DNA of 57,164 nt, the filler included, from Basidiobolus ranarum (lineage: Eukaryota): the NCBI GenBank assembly GCA_040143965.1. It is 7 parts of 7 records of this genome, joined end to end, with 100 filler letters (N's around TTAATTAATTAA, not from the genome) between each part and the next. Parts side by side here need not be neighbours in the genome. Positions count along the whole stretch, not along the records: positions 32,769 to 40,850 come from JASJQH010007900.1; positions 40,951 to 49,017 come from JASJQH010007901.1; positions 49,118 to 57,164 come from JASJQH010007903.1; 4 more parts are not named here. One strand, given 5' to 3'. Of the stretch, positions 38,400-51,557 are shown one piece after another. The position numbers and the translations under genes were made by a program. How positions within the stretch are numbered: position 1 is the stretch's first letter; each line of letters begins with the position of its first letter. The notes beneath the pieces are model-generated. The model saw nothing but the letters and a program-made list of their open reading frames with translations, ran no database searches and was not told the origin of the DNA.

Positions 38400-40480
38400 T
38401 ATCCTCATACAAGGTGTTGGTTTTTCGAGAAATACAGGCTGGTATACAAGGCTTACCTTTTGGCTCATAAAGTTATCATCTAATGACTTATAGCTCGAAT
38501 CAACAACTCCTACACTCGATACCTCTTACATTTTGTTCCAAATACAAACACTCAAAGGCCGATAGTGCCAAATTGGATTTTGTTTTCTCCAATGGAATGC
38601 CAATATTGGACGATGTGCCACTCTGGATACTGTTTACAAAGCCTGGTTCTCGTTATTGAAGTTTACCGGGATTCCGATTTCTCATCTTGATTGGGAGGCT
38701 ACGTCGACTCGATATTTCGATCTCGCTGGGATATTACAATATGTACCTAATCAGTTGAAAAATAACGATTCTAATAGCGCTAATGAGCAGTTAACTGCCA
38801 ATATATAATCGTATTTTGAATAATGGAGGATGTGCCATTTTCTCTTGTACTAAAAAAGCGGACATTTTTTATGGTAATTCCCGATGATACTTCTTATTCA
38901 TAGTAATATTTAAGATGTTGTAAAATGATAGATATCTTTCTTCGTGAAACACTTACTATCATTTCGGCATGGTACAGTGAGAGGTTCCTCTAGGACAAGG
39001 TATTTGAGAAACTTGTAAATACTTCATTTCGACCTAAGCAATCCAGTGAAGATGTATTTGACTACTTGCTGTACAGATGTGGTATATTAAACTGCATAGA
39101 GTATGAATTACATAAGATGTTGTATTTGACTTGATTTCTGATCATAGAGTTTAGTCCTTTGTTCCTTGCCTCCAATCTCGTGAGTGTATACAGACTAGTA
39201 ATTGTTCTAATCAAGATCGACGAGTTTTCCCTGGTATGCAAGATTATAAATGTCGAAAAGACTGAATAGTTATTGAATTTGAGAAGATCTGAAAATCCTG
39301 ATTATCGGGGTAAGCCGAGTAAACAAAAAACCGATTGGCTATCCAATAAACAGTTTCGTTATGTTTCTCCAGTTTGTTTAGCTACTATCTTTGTGTTATA
39401 GGCTATTTACTCATAGTAGGAGGGAGAATGAGGGTGGGAATCAAGGGGAAATCGGTGAAGCTGGTGAGGAGAGTAAAGATGATCCAAATAAGACACGTCG
39501 TCAAAAAATTCCCTTAGATAAATTAGCCATTCCCAACTCCAGTCGGAAAAAAGGATACTCATGTTATGACTAGTCCATCCAGCAGTAAAGATACCATTTT
39601 AAGAAAGGGAGCAGGAATTCCGGAGCACCATATTCAACAACTAGCCACCGTCAGAATTCACAACCCCACAGTTGACAGAATGGCTTGAATGGGACTCAGC
39701 GCAATACCCATACTAGTTCTCGTAATGCTCGTACGGAATCGGGAAGTAGAAAGAACATCCGTGATGTACACGAAAAACAATAAAGGTATGCGCAGAGATG
39801 AACGTTCCTCCCAAGCACAGTTAGGGAGTTCATCTAGGAGATAACAAAAATCGAGATTCATGCGAAACCTCTAATAATGATCGTGAGAGATAACGTATTC
39901 GTACCACCAGAGATCCTACAACTGAAGCACATCCCCATACGCTTGGTTGCTCAACAGAAGATAACCGAAATTGAAGAGATCGTAGTCACCAAGACAGACG
40001 TAAAGAAAGCAAAGACGGTCAAGTAAATGATCGTGATAAGGAAACAAACAAGCACAGAAAATACGATTCCTCCAGCAATTCTGTTATATATAAGGCCTCG
40101 AATGAAGAGCCATGAAGAAAGCGTTCAGAATAAAACCGATCAGAAGACGGGGGGATGAAGCTTCTCGTGAAAACCCGATTGATGAAGAGAAACGAGAGGC
40201 TGTTGATGGGAATAGTGACAAACTATCACGAGATAATCGTAACAATACTCGTAACGATGTCAAAAATCAGTATCGAAATAAACATCAGGTATCTTCTACA
40301 ACTGGTGTTGATCCTGGTAATCCAGAAATCACTGTACAGAATGAGAAAAAGGCAAACGAATCCAGCCAAAGCGTGATAGCCGTAAACGAGACAATGATCG
40401 TCAACATCGCAATGTTCTGTTGAAGGAGGTGACCAAGGAGAATAGCAATATTCCAAACGTTGATCTACATCATCGTGGCA
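38400..40480 (+). pseudogene. THO2: THO complex subunit 2 (Tho2/Rlr1) pseudogene, C-terminal part
   Basis: Ordered fragments TFW..LSSNDL (~38455), LFSPM (~38580), AIFSCT (~38834), FLRETLTIISAWYSER (~38937), CLQSRE..VIVLIKIDEF (~39167), then an R/D/S-rich tail. Many stops and frameshifts. May extend upstream to ~37400. Confidence 0.7.
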
Positions 40481-40850
40481 GACGTCATCGTTGATTCTAT
40501 CACACGCTTCTTATAAAGGATTGAAGCCGGTTTTTATCAGCTTTTAAGCCTTCTAAATGTATTTTGTTAGCATCCGTTTGCCTTGTATTTCTTCGGATTA
40601 TATCCAACAATGTTTCTTTGCTGGGCTTATTTATTCCATCCCAATAAACATCATATCGTTTACTAAGTAGATATATTGCGTGACAAACATAAGAAAGGTC
40701 TTACTTGTCTGGTACATCGGTGGTTCTCGACAACACTCTAAAGCAATGAAGGTGTATAGAATGGAAAAAATTGAAGTCCCTATAAGGCAACCATCTGCCA
40801 TTTATATTTGGCTATGTAATTCAAAAATAAGGCAATGCCACATGACACAT

Positions 40851-40950
40851 NNNNNNNNNNNNNNNNNNNNNNNNNNNNNNNNNNNNNNNNNNNNTTAATT
40901 AATTAANNNNNNNNNNNNNNNNNNNNNNNNNNNNNNNNNNNNNNNNNNNN
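40851..40950. other. Artificial contig linker
   Basis: 100 nt of Ns around TTAATTAATTAA. Confidence 0.98.
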
Positions 40951-43386
40951 AGGCTTAGTAATTGAAAATATCACTAAATAGGATCTGTGTGAAGATTGCA
41001 TATTTAGAAAACCTCACAGACAGCCGTTTTCCAGCTCTGTAGAGATCAAATTCACACAGAATTTTGCCCTTTTTCATTCTGACCTCTGTGGGCCCATGAA
41101 AATATCTCACCAGGTGGGAAAAGGTACTTTATGACCTTTATTGATAACAAAACAAGTTATGCCTGGGTATTCTTTCTCAAATCAAAATCTGAAGCCATAG
41201 CTAAGTTCAAGCAAAACAAAGCAATGGTAGAGAAGGAATCAGCACAAGAAATAAGGGTACCAAGGAGTGACACAGGTGAGAAATACTGCTCTAAAGACTT
41301 TGATAGTTTTGTTCCAAAAATGGAATTAAGCAACTAACAACTGTACCTTACACTCCACTACAAAGTGGAGTTACAGACATGTTACTAGGATCATGGTGGA
41401 GATGGCAAGGTCAATGTTACAAGATCAAAAGTTAGCCTACCAATATTGAGCTGAATCTGTCTCCACTGCAGTTTATATCAAAAACAGATGCCCAATAAGA
41501 TTGCTACAAAGTTCTACTTCATTTGAAGCCCTATATAGATCAAAACAAAAAATGGATCATCTCTAGATCTTTGGTTGCATAGCTTGTTGCCTAATTCCAG
41601 CTCCAAAACTCTTTAAATTGGAACCAAAAAGCAGAAAATGCATATTTTGTGGTCACTGTGATGGCTTGGAGGCCTGCAGACTGTTTGTTACCAAAAGTCA
41701 GAAGTTAATTAAGTGTGAAGATGCAATTTTTGATAAGAAAGCAAATTTCCCATCTTAAATCACAGTTCTTGAACCACAAAATGTAATCAACAATATTCAG
41801 GAAGTGTCTGACAAAGTCCAGCTGTATCTGATCCCTACTCAGCCAAAATTTTAGTCCCAATTACATCAGATGATGATTCAGCATCCTGAAGATCTTTTAG
41901 AAGGAGAAATAAGCCGGGGAACTGGTAGAATGTTTCCAATGATGATGTATATGCTTGTGCAGCATTCTGTGGCAAGCCGCAGACTCTAGCTTAAGCTCTG
42001 AAATGTCCAGATTCAAAATATGGAAAAACAAATGTCAGATGAGTTTTCTTCATTTTGGGGCAATAAAACATGGGTTTTAAGTCCTCTACCTCCAGGGAGA
42101 AAGATAATAGGTTGCAAATGGCTCCACAAAGTCAAAACAAGCTGACGGAACCATTGAAAGATACAAAGCAAGATTAATAGCAAAAGGTTATTGCCAGACC
42201 CCAAGAGTTGATTTAAATGAAACTTTTGCTCCAGTAGCTCCATTAGATTAATCCTGGCACTCTGAGATATCCACAACCTTGATTTACAGCAAATGGATGT
42301 AAAAACAGCCTTTCTGAATGGAAATCTAGAAGAAGAGATCTATATGGAACTACCAGATGGATTTGTTGACCTGAAACATCACAATATGGTCTGTAAACAG
42401 CAAAATTGCTATAAGGTCTCAAGCAAGCACCTGGGGCACGGTACAGCAACATAGATACCCATTTGAAAATACTGAAATTATAAAAATGTACATTAGATCA
42501 CAATATTTACATCAAACAACCGGAAACAAGATCCCTAGCTTGGCACTATATGTGGATGACTTGATCATAGCCACACATGCTCAACAAGCACTTAATCAGA
42601 TAAAAAGCATTTTATCAAACCAATTTCAGATGATTGATATGGGTGAATTCAGTTACTTTCTGGGAATTTAAATCAAGAAAGATAAACCCTATCAGAAATT
42701 CAGGCTGAATCAGTCTAGACACATCCTGGACATTATAAAACACTTCAATTTCTAAAATAGCAAGCCTGTATAAGTCCATAATGGGTAGTTAAATGTATAC
42801 AATGGTTGGAACATATCCAGAAATTATTGTGGCAGTGCAAACTATTTGCTAATATATCAAGAATCCAGGATTTGAGCACACAATGTAGTAAAAGAAATAT
42901 TCAGGAATTTGAGAGAAACAGTAGAATTAGTTCTGGAATACTCTGCCACTCCTGATGCACAAAATTTGAAGGCTACAGTGTTGCAGACTGGGGATGAAAT
43001 CTTGATGATAAAAGATCAACAACTGGGTACCCTTTTCTCTATGGTAATATAATGTAAGAAGCAATCAACCATAGCACTTTCCACTCCAGAAGCAGAGTAT
43101 ATAGCACCCAATTCTGCCATTCAAAAACACATGTTTATTGCTCTAATTGATAGATATTAATTAGCTCACTTTGTCAATTTTCATTTTTTTTTCAAAATTT
43201 CTCCAAATCACCTCAAGTTTTCATCCATGCTTAACAGGCATGTTTGTTATGTTCTAGCATGTCAAATAAACATATTTTACAGTTAACTACAAATAGGACT
43301 TTTTCCATCCATTAAAACTTAAGTGTCTAATTCTCAAAGCCAAATCTTGTCCAAAAAACTTCCAAATCCCTTAGACACTTTGATCA
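40951..43386 (+). mobile_element. Decayed copia (family B): integrase, RT, partial RNase H, partial 3' LTR (43098-43386)
   Basis: Collinear with 6340-8097. Motifs HSDLCGPM, LALYVDDLII, IALSTPEAEYIA. Ends CACTTTGATCA like LTR-B. Confidence 0.92.
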
Positions 43387-43389
43387 TGC

Positions 43390-46300
43390 TTGCAGGCTGG
43401 AGAGAAAAGAGCTAGCAAGAACAGAAGAATTAAATGACATGCAGTCTAGCAATCCACCAACCACTTTGGAAGGCAATAATATGCTGGGAGCTAACTCAAG
43501 TAGGAATGAAGCAATTAGCAATTTACCAAATGCGTTTCTTGCTAGCAATATTACTAGTGTAAAGAATATATTCCTCAAGTTATAGAGTAAATCAATAGTT
43601 GAGTAAAGTTCAACATAAACAACATCAAGTCCCTCAATTTCCAAAATGCCTACTTTGACAGCTATTCAATTCCTGTATAGACAAATTGAATAGAAGCAGT
43701 GCAAAAAGATAAGCTCAGGCAAACACCATAATGCTTTGTATACATTTATAAGTGTAAACTCCAAAGTTGCCTTACAGGCCATGATAAGCAATAGTATGGT
43801 AATATTGCAATTAATGCAGCATTCTCAAGCAACTAGTTATCAGTTACAGAGTCACTCAGCAATGATACAAGGCCTTCAGCATGCTGTACCTGAGCAACAG
43901 TAACATGCTGCTCTCCCTCTCCATTCTCATATAGGATTTTAATCAATCACACTCGATATATATGAACATCACAGTGACAATGTAACAGAGCAGAATTTGT
44001 GTTGGACCATTAAGCCTGTCCAACAGCCCAAATTGCTTGGGCACATGAAATGAGAAACCTCATGAGAAAATAAGCAAATCAAAAGACTCTGATTTTCAAA
44101 CATGCTATAACTTGCTCCAATGATGAATGGTTTAACATTTTGGAGACTGTGCCAAATTTTGCGCAAAATTACCACAATTTAAGCCAATTGTGTAAAACCA
44201 CAGACCAGCCATTACTCAGAAGGTTCTTGACTTATTTCATGTTGTCTATCCTGGGTTCTTGCAAGCAAATGGCAAATGGGCTTGTATAGGCAATTATCAA
44301 TTTGGAAGAGAAAGGAAAGCAGCTAAAGATGTTCTCAAGCAGCAGGAAGTTAGTAAACCCAAGGGAAAAACAAAGGAGCTGGTGATCTTAAGCTCCACTG
44401 TCCCACTTACCAAATTCTTCACACCACGAGAGATATTTTTATTACTGGAGTAAGATGTACTGACAAAAAGGACAGATTATACTATTCAACTAGCACCCCC
44501 ATTGGAAAAGTGCAAAAGTCAGAAGTTTATGTAACACCTGGCATTGCTCAAAAACCTAAACAACTGCAAATAAAACTCATGGTCCTTGATCCTCAAGTGG
44601 TTCTTTCGAAAGTGTTGCAATCAGCCCCCTGCTTAAAGGCAAGCAAAAAGCAATCCAAACACTGCAAAGCACTCAGAGTAGTGTCACAGCATAAGGATGC
44701 ATAACAATAGTAAAAGTGCTTGAAGAGCATCTTTAAAAGAATGAAGGGAAAAATGCCATGCAAGTGTGTAGAAAGAGGCTTCAGACCAATAACATTCAAC
44801 TTGATTATTAGTCTGATTTTAACCATGCATATATCTGGGAAGACCTTGATACAGAGTAGCACAATATTGCAGGATATGAGGGTTTTCCTCCCAAAAACAA
44901 TGCTCCAATTTTTATTATGGTATTGGTAGCACTCCTGCCTCCAGTAAAGTTGGGGGTGTTTGCAGGCAAAATGTGCTATCTTACTGTAGATTCTGTCAGC
45001 TCAATGGAGTTTATGGTACTAGGCATATGCATTACTACTATCAAAATTCAACACTAGGCTCCATGTTTTAAGCATTAACAGCCCAGTCAGATTTCAACAT
45101 GCTCACTGATATCACTTCATCAAATAGTCAGGTTAACATCAAACATGTAATTAGCTGTAAGCTTTTGATGATGCTTCTACAGGGGTTCATCTGGAGCCAG
45201 AGCTTTGCATTAGGCACTATGCACTTATTATTCAGCAACATTCCAATATTACTAACTCAGCTATGTATTGGAAAACTCACTCTGAATAGGTTGTACAAGA
45301 TAAGATCAAAGTTTGCATTCATTGGGAAAATGTTTGTAAACAATAAGATACCATCATATATTACCAGGACTCTCATCAATATCCACTTATCTAGGCATTT
45401 GTTTGAATGTGAAGAATGGATTTATCAGATTTTTCTATGCTCAAGCAGACTCTTGAAAGTATTCTGCCAAATAATAACTGGCAATATTGGGAGTTGTTGA
45501 TGGATATTTTTAATAAGTTCTTACAGCATCAACTCACATTGGCAAATATTAGGCATATACAGGAATTGTGCAAAGATTTTATAGTTGGACACAAAAAAAC
45601 AATATTAAAGGTTTGAGAAAGGTAGACCAAATATTTGCTGGTGTTTAATACATTCCCTGCTGCATCTTTCACAATGCCTAGAGAGTATAGGCCCTTGTTA
45701 TACATTTAGAGAGCTCCCCATGGAGAATATCTGTGATACAATGATGCTCCATGTGTAACCATTTGTATGACCATTTGCTAATCTAATTAACAACTTATCA
45801 GCAAAATTAGTGATGGATGTAATGCAGTTGATTAAGGAAACCAGCAATGACTTATCCACTTATGGCAGGACATTTGTTGACTTTGAGTTTGGGATATCTT
45901 GGCGGAATTCTTTATGAGAACCTGCATAAATCCAAGAGCTTATTCTCATTGTCTATTGTAACAAGAGTCAGCCCTTTGCCAGGTGTCAGTGCTAATCCAA
46001 ATCTGACGTATTTAACAATTTTCACCATTAGTTTGCTGGTAAAGCATATTGATGTTGTTGAGTTATGCCTGAGCTGTTAAGTATGAGCAAATGTAGAGAC
46101 TAAACACAACTAGGTTATTTTATTTTATATCTGATTATGGCTGGAATGCAAAGCTTGTAGTATTTAAATAGAGGCCTGCATACTAATTCAAATTTCTATG
46201 TCAGTAAACTTAATAATTAACCATTTGATGATTGGTTTTTTCTAATAGATGTTGGAAATTGAACAATGCATGCCAAATGTGAGGATCAGTATTTCACCAT

Positions 46301-46700
46301 TTATGCTCACCATTGTTATATTGTTAAGAAGCTACCATTTCACCATTAAAATCTCTGGCAGAAAGCAAGCACCAAGATTGAGATGATCCTCCAATGGTTT
46401 TGCACTCCAGAAAGGTGGATCTGATCCATAGCAAGTTGTTTTTATTTTTGTTAAGGAACAGTGCAGTTTCCAGATAGGATAAGCTAGGAGCTATGCCCTC
46501 TTGCAGCTCATTTGAGGATGAGGCTTCTGCCTCAATCAATACCTTCATGTTGGCTTGCTGACACCCTTGCAAAATCTTGATGCAACTCTTAATAGCTTAA
46601 TAATTGCTCAATGGCCAATGTTGTGTCCAAGAGAAATGTGAATAAAAAGTCTTGAACTTTACTAAACCAAAGAAACAGTTAAATTCAGAATCATAGAACT
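43390..46700 (+). mobile_element. Relic of an En/Spm (CACTA)-like DNA transposon; transposase core ~44700-45800
   Basis: Reads FALGTMHLLFSNI, IPSYITRTLINI..LFECEEW and IHSLLHLSQCLESIGPCYTFRELPMENIC (45648-45734), resembling the H.L.HL..GP...FPMER motif of these transposases. Termini not found, boundaries approximate. Confidence 0.65.
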
Positions 46701-46770
46701 TTTTTAAGCAGCATACATTAACAGAGTGGATCTAACAAATATATGTCCTGGGAATGGCAGCAGGTTGCTA

Positions 46771-49017
46771 TGTTATAGTAGAGAGCAGGATTGCTATGCA
46801 GCTAGGCTTGGTGCTCTGTAGGTGCTAGTGGATACAAGTCTTGGATAGAAATGAGAGGGGAATATTCAATTTGTTGAGAAACACTGAGAAGTGTTGAGAT
46901 TCTATATTTGTTGAGACACACACTAAACCAAAAGGTTCAGTTAGCTTTATTTATACTTTGTGATAGCAAAGTGAATTAGTCAGCACCAAGATATTAGATG
47001 ATTAATTCCAATAAAAGAAAGTGTGATTGGATAGATAGATAGATAGATAAGTGAGTCATGCTTCAGCTGAAGTCTTGGCAGTGGAAGATCATTGGTTATA
47101 AATTGTGTGACTCATATTGACTTGTGTCGAGGCAGATGACTCAGAGGTTAATACTGATTGGATAATGAGCATGTGATTAGTGATATGATCTGGTAGATGG
47201 GATAAGAGAATAGATAGTTAGTTATGTTATAAGTCACATGATAAAGGCCCTGGATAAGGTCAGGTGACTAGTTAGCAATGAGGATAAACTAAATAGATAT
47301 TAATGCAAGTTGTACAGATATGGCATAAGTTAAATAGTATTTTCTGTTGATGCACAACATCATTCCTTCCCTGGATGAGGACTATTTGTAGTAGGTAATC
47401 CTCTACATTTCCAGTATTGGTCAATGATAGAGATATCATCAAAGTGGCTGTAGGGCTCCCAGGGATTGTGTTTAGCATTGTAACCTTTCCATTTTACCAA
47501 GTAAAGGCTGTTGGGTTCTTCACCATCATGATCAACAATGGCTTCTACTTCTTATGATTCTGTAGATATTGGATCTTTTGAAACAAGTTGAAGGGAAAAT
47601 TGTGGAAAGTTCTTGGGTAGTAAGACTCCAGTGTTATCTTGCAGTACATAAGATCCTCTTATGATTCTGCTGATTTTCTTGAATGTACCTTCATACCTTG
47701 GATCAAGCTTGAATTGGTGGATGGGATCTAAAATCATGACAAATAAACATTCAGGAAAACTAGTGGTCATGTGCATAGAGTGCTTACTTATTATCTCCTG
47801 TTGATTATTTTTGCTTCTTGAGTTGATTCCAGGGTAGACTATATTTGTTAGAAATTGAAGGCTTTTGACTAAGTCTTTAGTGTTGATTGGTTTGAGTAGA
47901 ATATCTTGATAGTTTTATAGTTGGTTGAACATTCTTGCAAACATAAGTGAGAATGAAGTGGATCCATGGAGTGCAGCAATCTCAGTGTTGATAGCATATT
48001 GAACCATTGCAATTGACTTGTCTCCATTCTTCTTGACTCCTTTGATGGATTTTTGGATTATGTTCACAGAGGTTTGAGCATATCTTTTTGCAAGTTTGTT
48101 TGCTTTAGGATGATAGGGAGTGATTAGTCTGTGATCAATGGCACAGTTATGGCAAAGTTCTTTGATGACTTAGTTGACAAAATCAGTTCCATTGTCAAAT
48201 TGAATGAGTTTGGGAAATGCAAAGAGTCAGAATAACTTGAATAACACTTGGGCAATGGTAGTAGAAAGTTTGACTGGTAGGGCTTTGAGAAAAACATAAT
48301 GTGTACAAACATCTACTATCACAAAGAGGTAGTGATTTCCATCATAACTGGTTGTGAATGGTTCAGCTAGATCAATAGCAATACAATCCATAGGGAGTTC
48401 AGCATGCATTGCAGTCAAAGAGTGAAATCCATGGCATGTGATATTGTTAAGTTGCCATTCCCTGCAAGACTTTACATAACAAGGCAGTCAGACTAGATGT
48501 CGGGCCAGTGATATCCATTGGAGTGCTACTTCTTCTTAAGTGTATCAGCCCCACAGTGTCCTAGCAGGTGGCATTGCTGAATGAGATTGTTCCTTTCATT
48601 TTGTTGGGGGCAAATTGTGGCATCTGGGTCTTGCTGAAGGATTGAGTTGATAGTAGTTGTTAGTTTGCTGATTACATCACTAATCTCATATCCATCCCAG
48701 GGGGGAGTTGCAAATAGTCTGGAAAGGTGGTCAGGTAGCATATTGAGAATTCCAGGGGGGTGTATTATAGTTTGATCACAATCCAGGAGAGTATCCAGCT
48801 AGCTGGTCAGCATTGGTGTTAGAGTCTTCTGAGTGTGAATGTAGACAAGTGCTTGGTGATCAGTGTGAAGAGTAAAATAATTTCTCCAGAGATACTGGTA
48901 AATTTCTCAAGGGCAAACACAATGGCTAGTAATTCCTTCTTAGTAGCAGAATAATTACATTCAGCAGGCTGCAAAGATCTGACCTGGAAAGAAATCCAAT
49001 GAGGTGGATTTTGGTCT
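46771..49017 (-). mobile_element. Ty3/gypsy chromovirus relic: RNase H, integrase, chromodomain, PPT, 3' LTR (47359 to ~46771)
   Basis: Reads NYSATKKELLAIVFALEK, FTLHTDHQAL, IAIDLAEPFTTSYDGNHYLFVIVD and EVEAIVDHDG..YLVKWKGY...WEP. PPT AGGGAAGGAA precedes TGTTG at 47359. Distal LTR end uncertain. Confidence 0.88.
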
Positions 49018-49117
49018 NNNNNNNNNNNNNNNNNNNNNNNNNNNNNNNNNNNNNNNNNNNNTTAATTAATTAANNNNNNNNNNNNNNNNNNNNNNNNNNN
49101 NNNNNNNNNNNNNNNNN
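49018..49117. other. Artificial contig linker
   Basis: 100 nt of Ns around TTAATTAATTAA. Confidence 0.98.
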
Positions 49118-49670
49118 GCTAAAAATCCCACATTTCAAAATAGAAGCAAACATATAGATATTAAGCATCACTTCATTAGAGAGGCTGTAGAGAATAAGTT
49201 TATTGACTTAACTTATTGTTCTACAGAAGACATGATTGCTGATATATTAGCCAAACCATTAGCTAGACAGAAATTTAGACCTTTATTAGGATTAGTTTAT
49301 ATGACTATTTAATTGAGGGAGAGTGTTGAAATTAGCATTGCCTAAGCACCTATATAGTCATGTGTAGCTTAGTACTTAGTTATCTTATAATTCACTAAGA
49401 TACTATCCATTATTCTTAATTGAAATTTACTTGGAATATTTTTACCAACTTAGAAGTTCTCAGATATATAGATTTTCAAACTTGTGCTAGAGGCCCCAAA
49501 CTTTGCACACACGTTCCTGGGACCTTGCTTAACACAGTCTACATGCTAGTTTGCTTACATCTTGACAAAACTATAAATGTCAACTTTCTACTCAATAAAT
49601 CAATAAGTGAAAACCAGCAATTTCTCTAATTCTCCAAACCACTTCCAACAGGCTCCCAAATACTTTAACA
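49118..49670 (+). mobile_element. 3' end of a copia element, family A: RNase H C-terminus, PPT, 3' LTR 49324-49670
   Basis: Reads SKHIDIKHHFIREAV..YCSTEDMIADILAKPL. PPT GAGGGAGAG. LTR runs TGTTGAA...TTTAACA. Confidence 0.93.
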
Positions 49671-49947
49671 TAATGTTGATTGAAAAGTAATAGCTTTGTT
49701 CAGCATAAAATATGGATATAGGGATTCTTCATACATCCCTTTTCTCTATTCCCACCATAGTAGAAAACCCATATTTATTACCAATACCAAAAAATTACTG
49801 GTTTCCCCAAAAATACTGGAATTTTTTCCGAAACCTAAATCATGATGAAATCAAATTAGCATATATTTTTACATAAATTGAACTTCGAATTTCCTATGAA
49901 AATCTCTCAAATTGGTGGATATCCTATGACTGAAGACTCTTTTCATT

Positions 49948-51327
49948 ATGCCTTCTACTGACCAAACACGTGAAACTTGTATAGAACAGTTGGAACTTTG
50001 GTTGCAAGAGAAAGCTGCGTGGGTGAATGAGACGGTTAAAGTGAAAGATACGTTGGAAGAAGGGTTTGGTTTATTTTGGACTGGTAGTTCTACTGGAGAG
50101 AACGAATTACTGGTTCAAATACCACAAGAAAATTTGATAAACCTTACTAACGTTCAAGAATATTCACTTGAAGAACCTGGTTTGTTCAATATATTAAACA
50201 GTTTGAAGGATATAAAAAAAGAAGAATTGAACGAAAGGGAGACCATCACGAGTTTTCTTATTTATGAACGTTTTCTTCGTAAGTTTTCGGAAGTTTCCAA
50301 CCAAAAAGAATCTCCCTGGAAACCTTATATCGATATATTACCTAAGAAGTCTTGCACCCCAGTATTTTACAAGCAACAGGCACGAGATTGGCTTCAGGGT
50401 ACGGCTGTTGGTGAGGCCACCGAGGCCAAGATTAAGAGGCTTGACGTAGAATATCAAAGATTTTTGAAAGTACTGACGGAAGAAGCATCCCTTGAATTTG
50501 AAGAGTTCGCCTGGGCAGATAATATGTACTGGTCTCGAGTAATTTCGTTTCAAAGTGCCGTAGAGGACTCCCATATTGAAAGGGCGGGAAATAGTGATGA
50601 CTGTCATTTAGTTCCTTTCATTGACTTGTGCAATCATTCTTTAACACCTTCTGCACACTGGCAAATTACCGAGGATGGTATCAACTTGGTTCAGATGGGA
50701 GAATTACTGGAGACTGACACGGAGATTCATATCTCATATGGAGATAAGCCAAACAGCGAACTTTTGTATCTACACGGTTTTATTATTCCAGAAAACCCTT
50801 ATACACGATACATTCTACCACTGCCGTTGATTCCTGATGAACTTCTTGGTAGCAAAATGAATTTCTTAAAAGCATTCCAAATCAAACCTCAGTTGGTTCT
50901 TACTCCAGAAGATCTGGTGGATTTGACGGAAGATACCTGGCAATTACTGTATCTCTGTATGGTTAATGAGGAGGATGGTTTTGATGAAGATGAGGCGAGA
51001 AATCTGTGTTATCGAAATAACCCTGTTAGTACTGTTCAAGAAATCATGGAGATTGTAGACGCGCTTCCACACTATAAGATCATCCAGCTTCGTGCAGTCA
51101 CAGTTCTTTTGGATGTCATAAACTCGGCACTTCATCAACTCCTTGAAACGAATCCATTGGAAGGTGAAGAGGTTCCTGGGGAATTACAACTTGTCTACGA
51201 ATATGTGCTAACCTATCGTGAAGAAGAAATGGATTTTCTAGAAAATCTCTTGCAAACTTTGTCAGATAGACAACAAAAGTTGATAGATAACGAACAAGTA
51301 CAAGAGTATCTTGCTTTCAACCAATAA
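49948..51327 (+). CDS. SET-domain protein lysine methyltransferase (LSMT/Rkm/Efm-like), 459 aa, intronless
   Basis: Motifs GFGLF, SPWKPYIDILP, LVPFIDLCNHS, EIHISYGDKPNSELLYLHGF. Confidence 0.92.
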   Translation: MPSTDQTRETCIEQLELWLQEKAAWVNETVKVKDTLEEGFGLFWTGSSTGENELLVQIPQENLINLTNVQEYSLEEPGLFNILNSLKDIKKEELNERETITSFLIYERFLRKFSEVSNQKESPWKPYIDILPKKSCTPVFYKQQARDWLQGTAVGEATEAKIKRLDVEYQRFLKVLTEEASLEFEEFAWADNMYWSRVISFQSAVEDSHIERAGNSDDCHLVPFIDLCNHSLTPSAHWQITEDGINLVQMGELLETDTEIHISYGDKPNSELLYLHGFIIPENPYTRYILPLPLIPDELLGSKMNFLKAFQIKPQLVLTPEDLVDLTEDTWQLLYLCMVNEEDGFDEDEARNLCYRNNPVSTVQEIMEIVDALPHYKIIQLRAVTVLLDVINSALHQLLETNPLEGEEVPGELQLVYEYVLTYREEEMDFLENLLQTLSDRQQKLIDNEQVQEYLAFNQ

Positions 51328-51557
51328 TAATAAAAATACAACATTCAAAATGCTGCATTTTGCTATAACAGAGTTTATTAGGGTTAGGATTGGTAGAATA
51401 TATCATCGAATCTAGGGCTTTCATATATGTGTGATAATGTTACGGTGTGATGCCCAAGGTACATATGACTCTAAATAGTACCATTTAACTTTGCTTACAT
51501 AACCTACATAATATAGGCTTAATTATTCACCAAATACTTATAACCCTGAGGGAGAAG

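Noticed and set aside
39391-40456. Short ORFs (39391, 40112, 40155, 40226) as separate genes
   Set aside because: Better explained as out-of-frame pieces of the THO2 pseudogene tail.
8098-49117. Regularly spaced TTAATTAATTAA palindrome as a biological periodic repeat
   Set aside because: It is always centred in N runs, so it is a six-frame stop linker.
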